From Eledone cirrhosa (taxonomy: Eukaryota): 64,000 bases of DNA. Under the pieces are notes generated by a model that was not told the DNA's origin, did not search any database, and saw nothing but the letters and a program-made list of their open reading frames with translations. Position 1 is the stretch's first letter; every line of letters starts with the position of its first letter. This document shows, piece after piece, positions 53,293 to 64,000 of the stretch. The position numbers and the translations under genes are program-made. The DNA is taken from positions 103,912,001 to 103,976,000 of the forward strand of contig OZ024745.1 in the NCBI GenBank assembly GCA_964016885.1, given 5' to 3'.

Positions 53293-56200
53293 TATATATA
53301 TGTCAGCATCATTGTTTAACGTCCACTTTTCCTGTTAGCAAGAGTTGGATAGGTCAACAGACCCAGTCAGTACCCAAGTGGAGCTACTGACCTCCCAGAT
53401 GGGCCAAGGGCCTGCTTGATATGTAGAAAAGGAGTAGGTAGGAAGTCTATACAATGTACACAAGTAGTATAGTGGTAGTAAGAGCAGCAGTGAAACAAAC
53501 ATTTTTCAATTCCTGGACAGTAGTTGATAGTTGACAAAGATGACCTTGCACAATTGCAGCTCTCGAAGGTGATGACACAAGATTGAGATCTCTGGCGATA
53601 CGCAGTAATACAGAAGACCTGCCTTCCCATTTGCACGGGTTGAAGCATACATCTTGTATCTACTAACCACCTTCCATACACCTCCCCTGTCATAACACTT
53701 CACCCCCTCACACATGCCCCTAGAATTACTATCCCAACCCCTACACACCTCCCCCCACTCAAGTCTCCCGCCCACACTGTAAAGTGGTCATGTAGGTGTC
53801 ACAACAAAAAGTGCTCAGCCCACACTATAAAGTGGTCATGTAGGTGACACGACAAAAAATGCCCAGCCCACACTGTAAAGTGGTCATGTAGGTGACACGA
53901 CAAAAAGTGCCCAGTCCACACCGTAAAGTGGTCATGTAGGTGACACGACAAAAAGTGTCCAGCCCACACTGTAAAGTGGCCATGTAGGTGACAAGACAAA
54001 AAGTGCCCAGCCCACACTGTAAAGTGGTCATGTAGGTGACACGACAAAAAGTGCCCAGCCCACACTGTAAAGTGGTCATGTAGGTGACACAACAAAAAAT
54101 GCCCAGCCCACACTGTAAAGTGGTCATGTAGGTGACACGACAAAAAATGCCCAGCCCACACTGTAAAGTGGTCATGTAGGTGACATGGCACAAAGTGTCC
54201 AGCACACACTGTAAATATGGTTGGTGTTAGGAAGGGCAAACCATGCCAAAACCAGTACTGTATGAGCAAGACATGGTTATCCAACCTATGGTAGCATGGA
54301 CAAATGGATGTTAAATGGTGATGATGATGATAATGATATATATATTAACCCATACACATGGTGTCAGAATGTAATAGGTGCAGCTATATAGTATCTAAGA
54401 GTATATATATTTTTGAAGATTAAAATGAAAAGAAGCTAAAATATATATTTTTATACCTCTCTACATTTTTTTTGCAACAAAATGAAAATTAAAATAATAC
54501 AAATACAAAAGATGAACCAAAAAGGAACAAAATCAACTAAAAAATAATAATAAATGCATCCAATTCTTCTAAACGTTTGTCTACCCAAAAGTTCCCACTA
54601 TCATATTCCAGCCATCTTGTTCCTCAATGAAAACATGTTGTTTGCAGGAATATAATAGTGGTAAACTAGAGCAGGTGACAAAGTGTAAATTGACTTTACC
54701 TCAAAAGAATCACCCATCGTGGGCAACTGAAAAGTAAATAAGATAGCAATAAACATTTGATGCATTCAGTGGGGCCTAATAAGTCAACAGAGACTAAGAA
54801 AGAGAAAATGCATACAAAACACAGTCTCATTGGTCTCAAATGATTGGTCTTAAATTGTCAGGTTATTCCATGAAATTTTTAATTTTTTCACTAATATTTA
54901 AAATAATGATTTCTACTAGAGGCGCAAGGCCAGCAATTTGGGGAAGGCGAAAGTCGATTAAATCGGACCCAGTGCACTACTGGTGCTTTATTTTATCAAC
55001 TCCTTAAGGATGAAAAGTAAAGCTAACATCAGAACCTAAAGGGCCATAACTATGCTGCAAAGCAGGGTGTCCGACACTACCGATTCTGCCAATCCACTGA
55101 ATATTTGAAATAATAAAAAGAGCATTTGATATTTTGAACCTGGTTGATATTTTATGTTGCTATTAATGACAGTTTGCCAATGAATCAAAGGCTTTTTCTA
55201 AACAATGTTTATAAAATTCAAGTGATATTCAAGTAACAGACAAGACTGTTTTTTAGGTTGTCTTAAGAGCAGTTAAATCTGTGTAGTTTGGAAGTTTGTT
55301 TTTAAAGCATGTAGTTCCAGATTTGGCCTCACTGTGTAGCACCTTGGGAATGTGTCTTCTGCTTTATCTTCAGACTGAACAATGCCTTGTGAATGAATTA
55401 GTAGATGGGAACTGTGAAAACCCAGTTTGTATGTGTATGATTGTGTATGTCTTCACCTCCAAAACACTGTTAAGTCAGTGAATCTCTTACCATACTGAAA
55501 AGCATAGGTTGGCATTAGGAAGGGTATCTGACTGTAGAAATTTGTCATAGATAAAGCAAGTAGAGTATTGAATAGTATTACTAACTCACTTCTTTGGTAG
55601 TTGTGGAACTCTTAAGAGTAGAATTATCACATCAGCTAAATGTGTTAAACTTTAAGCTATAATCTTTAAACTTTTTTCTAAATTTCTCAAATCCTTTGCA
55701 TAATTTCTATCATTCTGAATTCATTAGGAATGATATGGATGGTATGTTATTCTTTTGCTTTTATGTAAATTCATATTTTATATATAAGAAATCCTGTTTA
55801 CTGACCAGTGTCAAAGTATGTAGTAAGGCATGACCTGATTTGTAACATAAATATCACACCTAATATATATATATATATATATATTATAGGTATGATATAT
55901 TACATTTTATAAGAAATATGTCTATATTTCTTTCCTTTGTGATCCTGTCTCTATTTTTTGTACTCCTGAAGAAGGGCTAAATCCTGACATGTAGAACTTT
56001 TTCACACCTAAATATCACACCTAATATATATATATATATATTATAGGTATGATATATTACATTTTATAAGAAATATGTCTATATTTCTTTCCTTTGTGAT
56101 CCTGTCTCTATTTTTTGTACTCCTGAAGAAGAGCTAAATCCTGACATGTAGAACTTTTTCCCCATTTCCATATAAAGCGTCAAACCAATAACTATAAATC

Positions 56201-59200
56201 AACACAACTAATTATCCTTTGTATAATAATAATTGTGAAATTGGTAATGTAATTTGACACTGAGGTTTTGAGATCAGAAAGTGTCATATTACAATTTCTA
56301 CTTTGATGCACTGTGTGCAGTAGGGGTCAAATATTAGGTAGAGTGTTGAGAATAGGGATGAAAAGCATGTCTGTTAATTCTTATAAAACTCTAAAATGCT
56401 AATAGGGCAGGACACATCTTAGCAGTCACTTTAAGGTCACCAGTGGTGATATACGAAATGAATTAGATGAATTTTCTTTCAAAACACACCCACTCATACA
56501 CAGATCCAAACCTGGTTGTGGCACTCAGCCTCATGTAACAATTGATGTAAACCTATAAGAATAAATATTTTTAAAAAGAAAAAAAAAAGAAAAAAAGAAA
56601 AAAAAAAGAAAACAAAATTCAATGCTAAAACAATGTTATTTTAGATGAAACTCACATGAGAAACATAGAAAGCTTAAGCTGAAAAAAAGAGATAAACATA
56701 TAGAAATGAAGCTAAAAACAAAAAATGACTGCATTTGAACAAGATGTTGACTGAATACAAAGTTAAGCTTTAAGCAATATCATTAATTATTTCTATCCAC
56801 AAACCTACACAACATCCAATAAGCAACAAACTGACCTGTCCATTTTTTACTTGAGATTTCATTGATACAGCTTGCCCCAGACTGCCTCGAAATTGGTCCT
56901 CTTGTTGGTTGATGTAAGCAGAATTTCTGTAAATGAAAGAAATAAAGGTTTTATAAAAGATGCAAACTATAACTCTCTACAGAAAATTTACAAATTGTTT
57001 AAATCCAAAGATTTACAACCTGAAATATAAATCCAAATTAAGTAATTGAACATCCCATATATACTTGTCTTTAAGCTGAGATATATATGTGACAAAAAAC
57101 TCAATGGTAAAATGGAGGTCAACTTATATTTAAGGTAAATATTTTGTTGATTTTTCCCCAATTCTATGTAAATGAGGTGCTAAAACATTTTGGCTTTGGA
57201 AGTAAATATCACACCAGTTTCACTTTGGAAGGGAATATTACGCCGGTTTAACTTTGGCAGGGAATATTACACCAGTTTCACATTGAAAGGGAATATTACA
57301 CCAGTTTCACTTTGGAAGGGAATATTACGCCGGTTTAACTTTGGTATGGAATATTACACCAGTTTCACTTTGAAAGGGAATATTACACCAGTTTCACTTT
57401 GGAAGGGAATATTACGCCGGTTTCACTTTGGTAGGGAATATTACACCGGTTTCACTTTGGTAGGGAATATTACACCAGTTTCACTTTGAAAGGGAATATT
57501 ACACCAGTTTCACTTTGGAAGGGAATATTACACCGGTTTCACTTTGGTAGGGAATATTACACCAGTTTCACTTTGGTATGGAATATTACACCAGTTTCAC
57601 TTTGAAAGGGAATATTACACCAGTTTCATTTTGGAAAGGAATATTACACCGGTTTCACTTTGGTAGGGAATATTACACCGGTTTCACTTTGGAAGGGAAT
57701 TTTACACCGGTTTCTCTTTGGAAGGGAATATTACGCCGGTTTAACTTTGGTATGGAATATTACACCAGTTTCACATTGAAAGGGAATATTACACCGGTTT
57801 CACTTTGGTAGGGAATATTACACCGGTTTCACTTTGGAAGGGAATATTACACCGGTTTCTCTTTGGAAGGGAATATTACGCCGGTTTAACTTTGGTATGA
57901 AATATTACACCAGTTTCACATTGAAAGGGAATATTACACCAGTTTCACTTTGGAAGGGAATATTACACCAGTTTCACTTTGGAAGGGAATATTACACCAG
58001 TTTCACTTTGAAAGGGAATATTACACCAGTTTCACTTTGGAAGGGAATATTACGCCGGTTTCACTTTGGTAGGGAATATTACACCAGTTTCACTTTGGAA
58101 GGGAATATTACACCAGTTTCACTTTGAAAGGGAATATTACACCAGTTTCACTTTGGAAGGGAATATTACACCGGTTTCACTTTGGTAGGGAATATTACAC
58201 CAGCTTCACATTGAAAGGAATATTACACCAGTTTCACTTTGGTAGGGAATATTACACCAGTTTCACTTTGAAAAGGAATATTACACCAGTTTCACTTTGG
58301 TAGGGAATATTACACCAGTTTCACTTTGGAAGGGAATATTACACCGGTTTCACTTTGGTAGGGAATATTACACCGGTTTCACTTTGGTAGGGAATATTAC
58401 ACTAGTTTCACTTTGAAAGGGAATATTACACCAGTTTCACTTTGGAAGGGAATATTACACCGGTTTCTCTTTGGAAGGGAATATTACACCGGTTTCACTT
58501 TGGAAGGGATATTACACCGGTTTCACTTTGGAAGGGAATATTAGACTGGTTTCCCTTATGAAATGAAATTCATATTTCCTATTGTTTTTGATATGTTTTG
58601 AATTAGCATGGCCTTAAAAATGGCCAGAAATTGGTAAAAAAAAATCATTATGTAATGGAGTTGTGAAACAAAAACTATACTCTAAATGATACTTAAAAAC
58701 CTTTTGAATATCAAAATATTAGAACTTCATAAATATATTCTCCACTCATGAGGATTTCAAAACTGCTCCATCTAAGCATAATGCGTTGATTATAAACGGG
58801 GCTTATATTTTTGCCTGTTTCTCAGACATAAAATAGAGGATTGGCTTATATTTAAGTATATACAGTATATGGCAACATAGGAATGACATAAGACATCCTG
58901 CTCTGAATTAGTTTCTTTAACTCTTTTTTTTTGGTGAAGAGATTTTATCCAGAAATATTAAGGACTATTAAACAACTCCTATTCCAACACATTTATCATT
59001 ATTTTTAATAGTTAATGCCACATTTACATTGCTATAGCCATCTAATAAATCACTATTTCTTACACTTTACACAATGCTTCAAGCAATCTACAATACCCTC
59101 TTAACTTTTAACTTGGTTATAAAATGTTTCCCCCTTTTTTAAGAATGTTTAGCTAAATTATACATATATAACCAGCCTTGCAATTTATTCCCAGTTACAT

Positions 59201-62200
59201 CTGCATTATAAAAGTAAGGCTTTATCTTCTGAGCCAGAACATATAACATTGTTTTACAAAGTACTATCATACATCTAGACACTACATATACAATGCTACT
59301 AACACACACATACACACACTCTAGACCACATCTAAAAAGATAACTTTTTTTTATAGGCGAGCTCACATCCATCATCAACATCATTTAACATTTGCTTGCC
59401 CTGCTAGCAAGGGTTGGATTGGTTTACATAGACCAAGTCAGTAGTTAATTGGGGCTACTGACATCCCAGACAGCTGAGAGGGTCTGCATCTCACTTACAT
59501 ATGGTTATACATTCTATCAAGTGCACAGGAGAAGTTATCATGTCTTTTGACACAAACTGAACAGTCCTCCTAACCCCTTGTTTAGCAAGCTTTCTATGGT
59601 TGGATGCTCTTTCTAACACCAACCACTTTTCAATGATAAAATGTAAGATAAAAGCACCCAATAAAGTAAAATTGGGGTAGGTAAATTTTCAATAATAAAC
59701 AAACTTGCACAAGTAATGCACCCAATCCATTCTGTAAAGAGCCTCCAGCCAGAAAAATTTTGCCAAAAAACCATGACTAGCACAACTTATAATAACCAAG
59801 TCCTCCAGAAACACCAATTTCAATGATTTGGCCACATTGTTTGTCAACCAGAAACATCTATGGTCCACCAAAATGATGACAAGACAATATCTGAAAAGAC
59901 TTGAAATTTCCACTTTTTGACATGCAAACAATTGGTACAGAACCTGGTCCAATGGAAGACAAATAAAAGTGTATAGATGTCTAACTATGAAGTATTACCT
60001 GCAATTTGAGAATATGTGAATTGCATATTGAGTAGGGACATGAATGGCTCTAAAATCCCAAGATATTCAGGTTAGTATTCTCAAATCAGAAGCCTCACCT
60101 GAATGCTTGAAACAGAATGGACTCAGCTAAACTAAAGGCCCTCAAAGGCCAAGTTGTGATGTTAAACTGAATGATGGATTAAGTCTACACTTTCAAAATC
60201 TGGTCGTGTTAACCATGAGATCACATACGGGGAAACCAAAACATAATATGTATGCCAATATGGATGTTAAATAGATAATGATGACGATGATGGTGATGAT
60301 GATGATGATGATGATGGTGGTGACGATGGTAATGCTGATGGTGGTGATGATGATGCTGGTGGTGGTGGAGATGCTGCTGGTGGTGAAAATGATGCTGGCG
60401 GTGGTGATGATGGTAATCATGATAGTGTTAATGATGATGATGATGATGATGCTGTTGATGATGATGATGATGATGATGCTGCTGCTGTTATTGATGAAGA
60501 GTTTGATGATGACAATGATGAGTGCGATGATATAACTTACCCCATATTCTTTCTACTCTGATCAAACGATTGTCTGGATTGGGCAAACATATCAAACTCT
60601 GTATCCTGTGTGCCTGTTGAAGACCGATTCATGGCAGTAGTGCTGCTGATTTGTCCAAGAGTGCTGCTTATGTTGCCAGAATTCAAACCTAGAAGGATTT
60701 AAATTAATAGTCAAACATACCTTGAAAGACAATGATGTATATGATAATTCTTTTTACTTTTGGTACAAGGCCAGCAATTTGTGAGGGAAGAGGGAAGGAA
60801 ATGTCAATTATACAGACCCTATTACTTAACTAGTACTTTATTTTATCAACCCCAGACGAATGAAAGGCAAAGTTGACCTCGGTGGGGTTTGAATTCAGAA
60901 CATAGAAAGTTGTAATGATGTATACAACAATGTCAACTGTAAAGATGAATATATGCATGGTTTGATAGATTGAGACATGATAGATGAAGGGTGTATACTG
61001 AGAATTTGAAGTGGCTTAGTAGTTAAGGTATTTGGCTCATGATCTTAAGGTTGTGACTTCAGTTCAGTCACCTGGCAAAAATGAGTTGTGTCTGTATTTC
61101 AAAGGGTTGGCTTTGTCACACACAGTGTCATGCTGAATGCCCTTCAGAATTACTTTAAGGGTAGATATATCTGTGGAATGCTCAGCCACTTGCACATTAA
61201 TTTCATGAGCAGGCTGCTCTGTTATTTGAACAACTAGAACAACAGAGAACCAACACATACAGAGAGAGAGTGAAAATAAAAAGCTCACTTTTCAACATCA
61301 TTCCATTTTTTTCCCTACTTTGGTAAGTGTCTTCTACAATAGCTCTTTTGGTCAATCAAAACTTTGTTGAGAAATTTGACAGATGGCAAGATGTGTGCGT
61401 GTGTATTTGTGTATCAAACTGAGATGATGTTATTTTGATCTTGATTATCTCCCGTTACAGTCCACCAACATTGCCTTTCAACTTTAATTGAGGTTGAAAT
61501 AATTGACCAAACACTTAAAGGTAGTGTTGCAGTATAGTCACAAGCCAAGGAATGATAATTTTATTTTAATACTCCTTCATAACTGCTAATCTGTAAGTTA
61601 TTTTTACCTATCTCTAGAGATAGCAGCAGGTTACATTATCATCATCACCGTTTAGCGTCCATTTTTCCATGCCTGCAAGAGTTAGATTGGTCAGAATTGT
61701 CTATGCTGGTCAGAATTGGCTATGCTGTACCTTGCTTCGACAGGATTGTAAATTTGGCTCGGGATTTTACAGCTGGATGCCCTTCCTAACACATACAAAG
61801 TATAATGTGAATGTATGGACTTGTAACTTCTGGTGGAGTTGGATGGACATCATAGTAATATACAGCAGGTCTTGGGCATTTTAAACCGGGAGGAAGACAT
61901 AGTAGAGGAAGACCACGAAAATCATGGGTGGAGGTGGTGAGAGCTGATCTCAGATTGCTGAAGCTCACAGAGGAAATGACGAAGGACCGTGACGAATGGA
62001 GAGATGCTGAAAAGGACCCGTCCCACCCTTGCAGGCAAGGAAAAGTGGACGTAAAATGATGATGAGTCTATCCCTCAACACAACTGATTTCTTCCAAAGA
62101 AAGAGAGAGAGGGAGAAAGGGTGTGTTAGAGAGGATGTGAGAAAGATATTATAGAGGACTGGTACTTTTTTATTTTTTTATTAACCTCAATGTGATTTCG

Positions 62201-62452
62201 AGTCAGAGCACAGAGCCAGAACAAATACTGCAAAGCATTCTATCTGACTTTCTGACAACTGCCAATTAACTACCTCTCAAAGAATATTGAATACAAATCA
62301 CAGAACAGAAAAAAAAACAAAAAAACTGGAAAGAACTACTAACTCATGCCTGCTAGCTGGGTATGAATATCCGACTGTCCTGTCTGCTGGGCACCATCTT
62401 CACCTAAATCAATAAGGTTGCCAACATTTGAAGATTGACTGGATGCCTGAAC
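43647..62452 (-). CDS. TOM1L2: TOM1/TOM1-like 2 homologue (VHS-GAT adaptor family), C-terminal exons, 5'-partial (gene span)
   Basis: complement join(62344-62452,60541-60688,56836-56926,[54700-54726],47422-47472,45849-45882,43647-43801); phases consistent; motifs [37 protein letters not shown] and terminal LFAL* as in the TOM1 family. Confidence 0.93.
44335..45118 (+). mobile_element. Cluster of decayed RTE-tailed/SINE fragments
   Basis: Three GTTGGTG(T/A)TAGGAA(A/G)G..CAG.TGTAGAAA-type motifs and a GGATGTTAAATGATG tail. Confidence 0.6.
45166..45400 (+). repeat. 34-bp minisatellite, 7 copies
   Basis: Consensus GTAGGCTGTTCTATTATCTGAACAACTGGATCAA; units start at 45166, 45200, 45234 and so on. 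Confidence 0.9.
45849..45882 (-). CDS. TOM1L2: TOM1L2 exon (34 nt)
   Basis: ttctag|[11 protein letters not shown](E)|gttagt; supplies the phase needed for EFDKFL. Confidence 0.85.
46060..46280 (+). mobile_element. piggyBac-type MITE, family 1
   Basis: CCCTTTAGCATTTA ... TAAATGCTAAAGGG-TTAA. Confidence 0.85.
47422..47472 (-). CDS. TOM1L2: TOM1L2 exon (51 nt)
   Basis: ccttag|[17 protein letters not shown]|gtaagc; resembles the DIEQWL motif of vertebrate TOM1. Confidence 0.87.
48050..48541 (-). mobile_element. Stacked tRNA-SINE copies (one full at about 48325-48541 plus decayed ones)
   Basis: Repeated CTGGT(A/T)..TTTAT.GAC.CC...AGGATGAAAG motifs. Confidence 0.75.
48549..49023 (+). mobile_element. 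Non-autonomous Helitron (475 bp)
   Basis: A|TCTAAACTATAATAAAG start; CCACC-CGAAA-GGTGG hairpin just before CTAG|T; removing it restores CATAGTAATAATAATC with no TSD. Confidence 0.78.
49885..49943 (+). ncRNA. Type I hammerhead ribozyme motif with G5>A core change (Penelope/retrozyme-like relic)
   Basis: GCTGT-CTAATGA-GGTCATAGCTGTT(GTAT)AACGGTTATCACC-GAAA-TATATA-TA-ACAGC: stem I, 13-bp stem II, palindromic stem III. Confidence 0.65.
50085..50310 (+). mobile_element. CORE-like SINE
   Basis: TGTGTCTTTCAGCAAGACACTTTATTTCAC and GCTTTGTCACAC..TGTCATGCTGAAT shared with 61005-61240. Confidence 0.65.
50422..50674. repeat. Compound (TA)n microsatellite
   Basis: TA runs interrupted by AAG in the left half and CTTG in the right half. 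Confidence 0.95.
50990..51152 (-). mobile_element. tRNA-derived SINE, 5'-truncated (long form)
   Basis: Family core and tail. Confidence 0.8.
51495..51733 (+). mobile_element. piggyBac-type MITE, family 2
   Basis: TTAA-CCCTTTC start; related to 665-866 and about 21090-21280. Confidence 0.55.
52308..53118 (-). mobile_element. RTE LINE 3' portion: ORF2 C-terminus plus 3' UTR and (ATG)n tail
   Basis: ORF 52686..53084 [25 protein letters not shown]; the UTR contains two 48-bp units and the family motif. Confidence 0.9.
53540..54330 (+). mobile_element. 5'-truncated copy of the same RTE LINE with expanded 48-bp array
   Basis: [18 protein letters not shown], then 9 units at 53773-54204, then the family tail. 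Confidence 0.85.
53773..54215 (+). repeat. 48-bp minisatellite, about 9 copies
   Basis: CACACTGTAAAGTGGTCATGTAGGTGACACGACAAAAAGTGCCCAGCC. Confidence 0.95.
54700..54726 (-). CDS. TOM1L2: Candidate 27-nt TOM1L2 microexon
   Basis: tatttacttttcag|LPTMGDSFE|gtaaag; phase 0-0 and skippable. Confidence 0.55.
54905..55100 (-). mobile_element. tRNA-derived SINE (long form)
   Basis: Family head, core and tail. Confidence 0.8.
55848..56160 (+). repeat. Tandem duplication of about 155 bp (Penelope pseudo-LTR-like)
   Basis: 55848-56002 and 56009-56160 are nearly identical; each has CTCCTGAAGAAG(G/A)GCTAAATCCTGACATGTAGA. Confidence 0.8.
56836..56926 (-). CDS. TOM1L2: TOM1L2 exon
   Basis: ttacag|[30 protein letters not shown]|gtcagt; possible in-frame alternative donor CAA|GTAAAA 15 nt upstream. 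Confidence 0.87.
57193..58555. repeat. 29-bp minisatellite, about 47 copies
   Basis: GGGAATATTACACC(A/G)GTTTCACTTTG(GAA/GTA/AAA); unit starts 57231, 57260, 57289. Confidence 0.97.
60278..60532. repeat. Degenerate (ATG/GTG/CTG)n trinucleotide tract
   Basis: Follows the RTE-type tail GGATGTTAAA at about 60262; ends about 8 nt from the 60540 splice donor. Confidence 0.9.
60541..60688 (-). CDS. TOM1L2: TOM1L2 exon
   Basis: ttctag|[15 protein letters not shown]...[21 protein letters not shown]|gtaagt. Confidence 0.92.
60745..60905 (-). mobile_element. tRNA-derived SINE, 5'-truncated (long form)
   Basis: GAATGAAAGGCAAAGTTGACCTCGG core. Confidence 0.75.
61005..61240 (+). mobile_element. SINE (same family as 50085-50310)
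   Basis: A-box-like GTGGCTTAGTAGTTAAGG head and shared body. Confidence 0.65.
61636..62066. mobile_element. Head-to-head RTE-tailed fragments (- 61636-61795; + about 61850-62066)
   Basis: + strand [32 protein letters not shown] followed by GGACGTAAAATGATG. Confidence 0.75.
62344..62452 (-). CDS. TOM1L2: TOM1L2 exon with clathrin-box-like NLIDLG
   Basis: catcag|[36 protein letters not shown]|gttagt. Confidence 0.9.
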
Positions 62453-62598
62453 CTGATGTATAAAAAAGAAATAGAAAAAGAATTCAGAAAGCATGTCTAT
62501 GAGCTTGTTTTATAAACTAGAAGATAAACTGCTTAGTTGCATAGTTTAAATTGATAATTATCAAGTTTTATTCCATTATATCTTTATTATTGTGTTAA

Positions 62599-62790
62599 CG
62601 CATTACCATTTACATTACTCTATATGTACTATTGTATTTTTGTGGTAAAGGCTTTATCTCACATAATATTGAATCAATGAGGATTTTGTTAAAAATCTTA
62701 ACATCAGTATGAGTGGCTAGTTACAGCCAGTTTGAGTGGAAAGAGGTGAGAGAATTCTGGCTGGATATGGCCAGTTTAAATGCTAAAGGG
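62599..62790 (+). mobile_element. piggyBac-type MITE, family 1
   Basis: TTAA on both sides; right TIR intact. Confidence 0.78.
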
Positions 62791-63111
62791 TTAAGTCACA
62801 TGGGAAAGCAGCATATTCTCTGTGAAACATCATCATCATCACTGTTTAATGTCCATTTTTTTCCACACTGTGCATAATTCAATTTCGATTCCTAATTGAA
62901 AATTATTTCAACTTATATTCTTAACACCTATTGGGAAAGCATCAATACTACAATTTATTGGTTATGTACTAGGAGAATGGTTTTATAAAATGACTTATTT
63001 ACAAACATTCTTTGAATTTATCTTTTTACAGTTGCATTTGGTATAAGCAGCTTCAGAAAGGTACACTGAATCGAGTATAAAAATAAGGCCAACAGTCAAG
63101 CAGCTATTGTA

Positions 63112-63712
63112 ATCATCATCATCATTGACTATTTTTAATGCATGTATAAGTTAGACAGGTTTTCATGTTCTGAATCTAGACTAATACAGTGACCACATCT
63201 TGCTCATACATTCCATGTTTAGCATGGTTTCTATGGATGGATGCCCTTCCTAACACCAAACACTCTACAGTGTGTACTGTGAGCATGGTTTCTATGGCAG
63301 GATGCCTTTCCTAACACCAACCACTTTACACCATGTATTGGGAGCATGGTTTCTACAGCTGGATGTCCTTCCTAACACCAACCGTTTTACAAGCACTGTA
63401 CATTATGTAATGGGAACATTTTATCATAACTTCAGGACTACTATTTTAGAATGCAAACTGGGTACTTTTTATTATGGCACTTGCACTACAATTTTACAGA
63501 GTGAGCTGGGTGCATTTTTATCATGGTATCCTTTATTGGATGGAGGTACAATAACAACGATAATAACAGCAACATGTCTACCAAAATGGAACATCACAAT
63601 CACCCTCATCACTTTGGCATCTTCTTTTCCATGCTGGCATGGGTTTGATGACATTTTTTGAGGCAGTATTTCTATGGGTAGATAGATGCCCTTCCTGATG
63701 TCAACCTATACT
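63112..63712 (-). mobile_element. RTE-tailed retroelement fragments with internal triplication (about 60 bp)
   Basis: AGCATGGTTTCTA..GGATG.C.TTCCTAACACCAA three times at 63220-63385; second tail at about 63605. Confidence 0.7.
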
Positions 63713-63864
63713 TTGTTTTGCTATGGGAAATATTGTTTACGTAGGATGTAAATTCACAAGAAATAATTAGATTAATAAAATTTAAAAAAAAATTAAATAA
63801 CTAAATTTGACTTCCAACAGTGATTTTCTGCAAAAAGTTTTAGTGTAAATATATTTTTAGCATT

Positions 63865-64000
63865 TGCCTGGATTCGACAGCAGACTGGAGTGAAGGATAT
63901 AATCAAGACCATCCAGAAGAGCAAACATAGATGAGCTGGCCACGTGTCTCAGGTCAGAGACAACAGATAGACTATTAGCGTGACAGAGTGGACACCAAGG
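63865..64000 (+). mobile_element. RTE LINE fragment (runs off the window)
   Basis: WIRQQTGVKDIIKTIQKSKHR*AGHVSQVRDNR*TISVTEWTP. Confidence 0.8.

Noticed and set aside
53799-54284. His/Cys-rich 16-aa repeat protein
   Set aside because: Translation of the 48-bp array inside a LINE 3' UTR.
57193-58555. CRISPR array or repeat-protein gene
   Set aside because: The 29-bp units are contiguous with no unique spacers, there are no cas genes, and the context is a eukaryotic intron. The ORFs are repeat translations.
60193-60535. Poly-Met and poly-Ile/Thr ORFs
   Set aside because: Translations of an (ATG)n microsatellite.
5635-62790. All five family-1 MITEs share one orientation
   Set aside because: Chance probability is 1 in 16, and they lie in genes of opposite polarity.

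Overview
AT-rich eukaryotic genomic DNA. The microsatellite load and the SINE/RTE/mariner repeat set suggest an octopod cephalopod (inference, not checked against a database). Two spliced genes converge tail-to-tail. On the + strand are the last 10 coding exons of an RNA polymerase II elongation factor ELL homologue (2441-12210; the 5' exons appear to lie outside the window), followed by about 8 kb with no recognisable transposons that is probably a long 3' UTR. On the - strand are the C-terminal exons of a TOM1/TOM1L2 homologue (62452-43647), with candidate in-frame microexons upstream of the myosin-VI-binding-like motif. All exon boundaries were read by hand and give a continuous reading frame with GT-AG sites. 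Introns and the intergenic region hold decayed tRNA-type SINEs, RTE and CRE LINE relics, mariner relics, piggyBac-type MITEs, Helitron-like elements, a probable solo LTR, Penelope-like relics with degenerate hammerhead ribozyme motifs, and 29-, 34- and 48-bp minisatellites. No CRISPR array, intact transposase or clearly new protein-coding system was found. The most interesting leads are RNA-level: hammerhead relics, microexons, inverted repeats and the long UTR.
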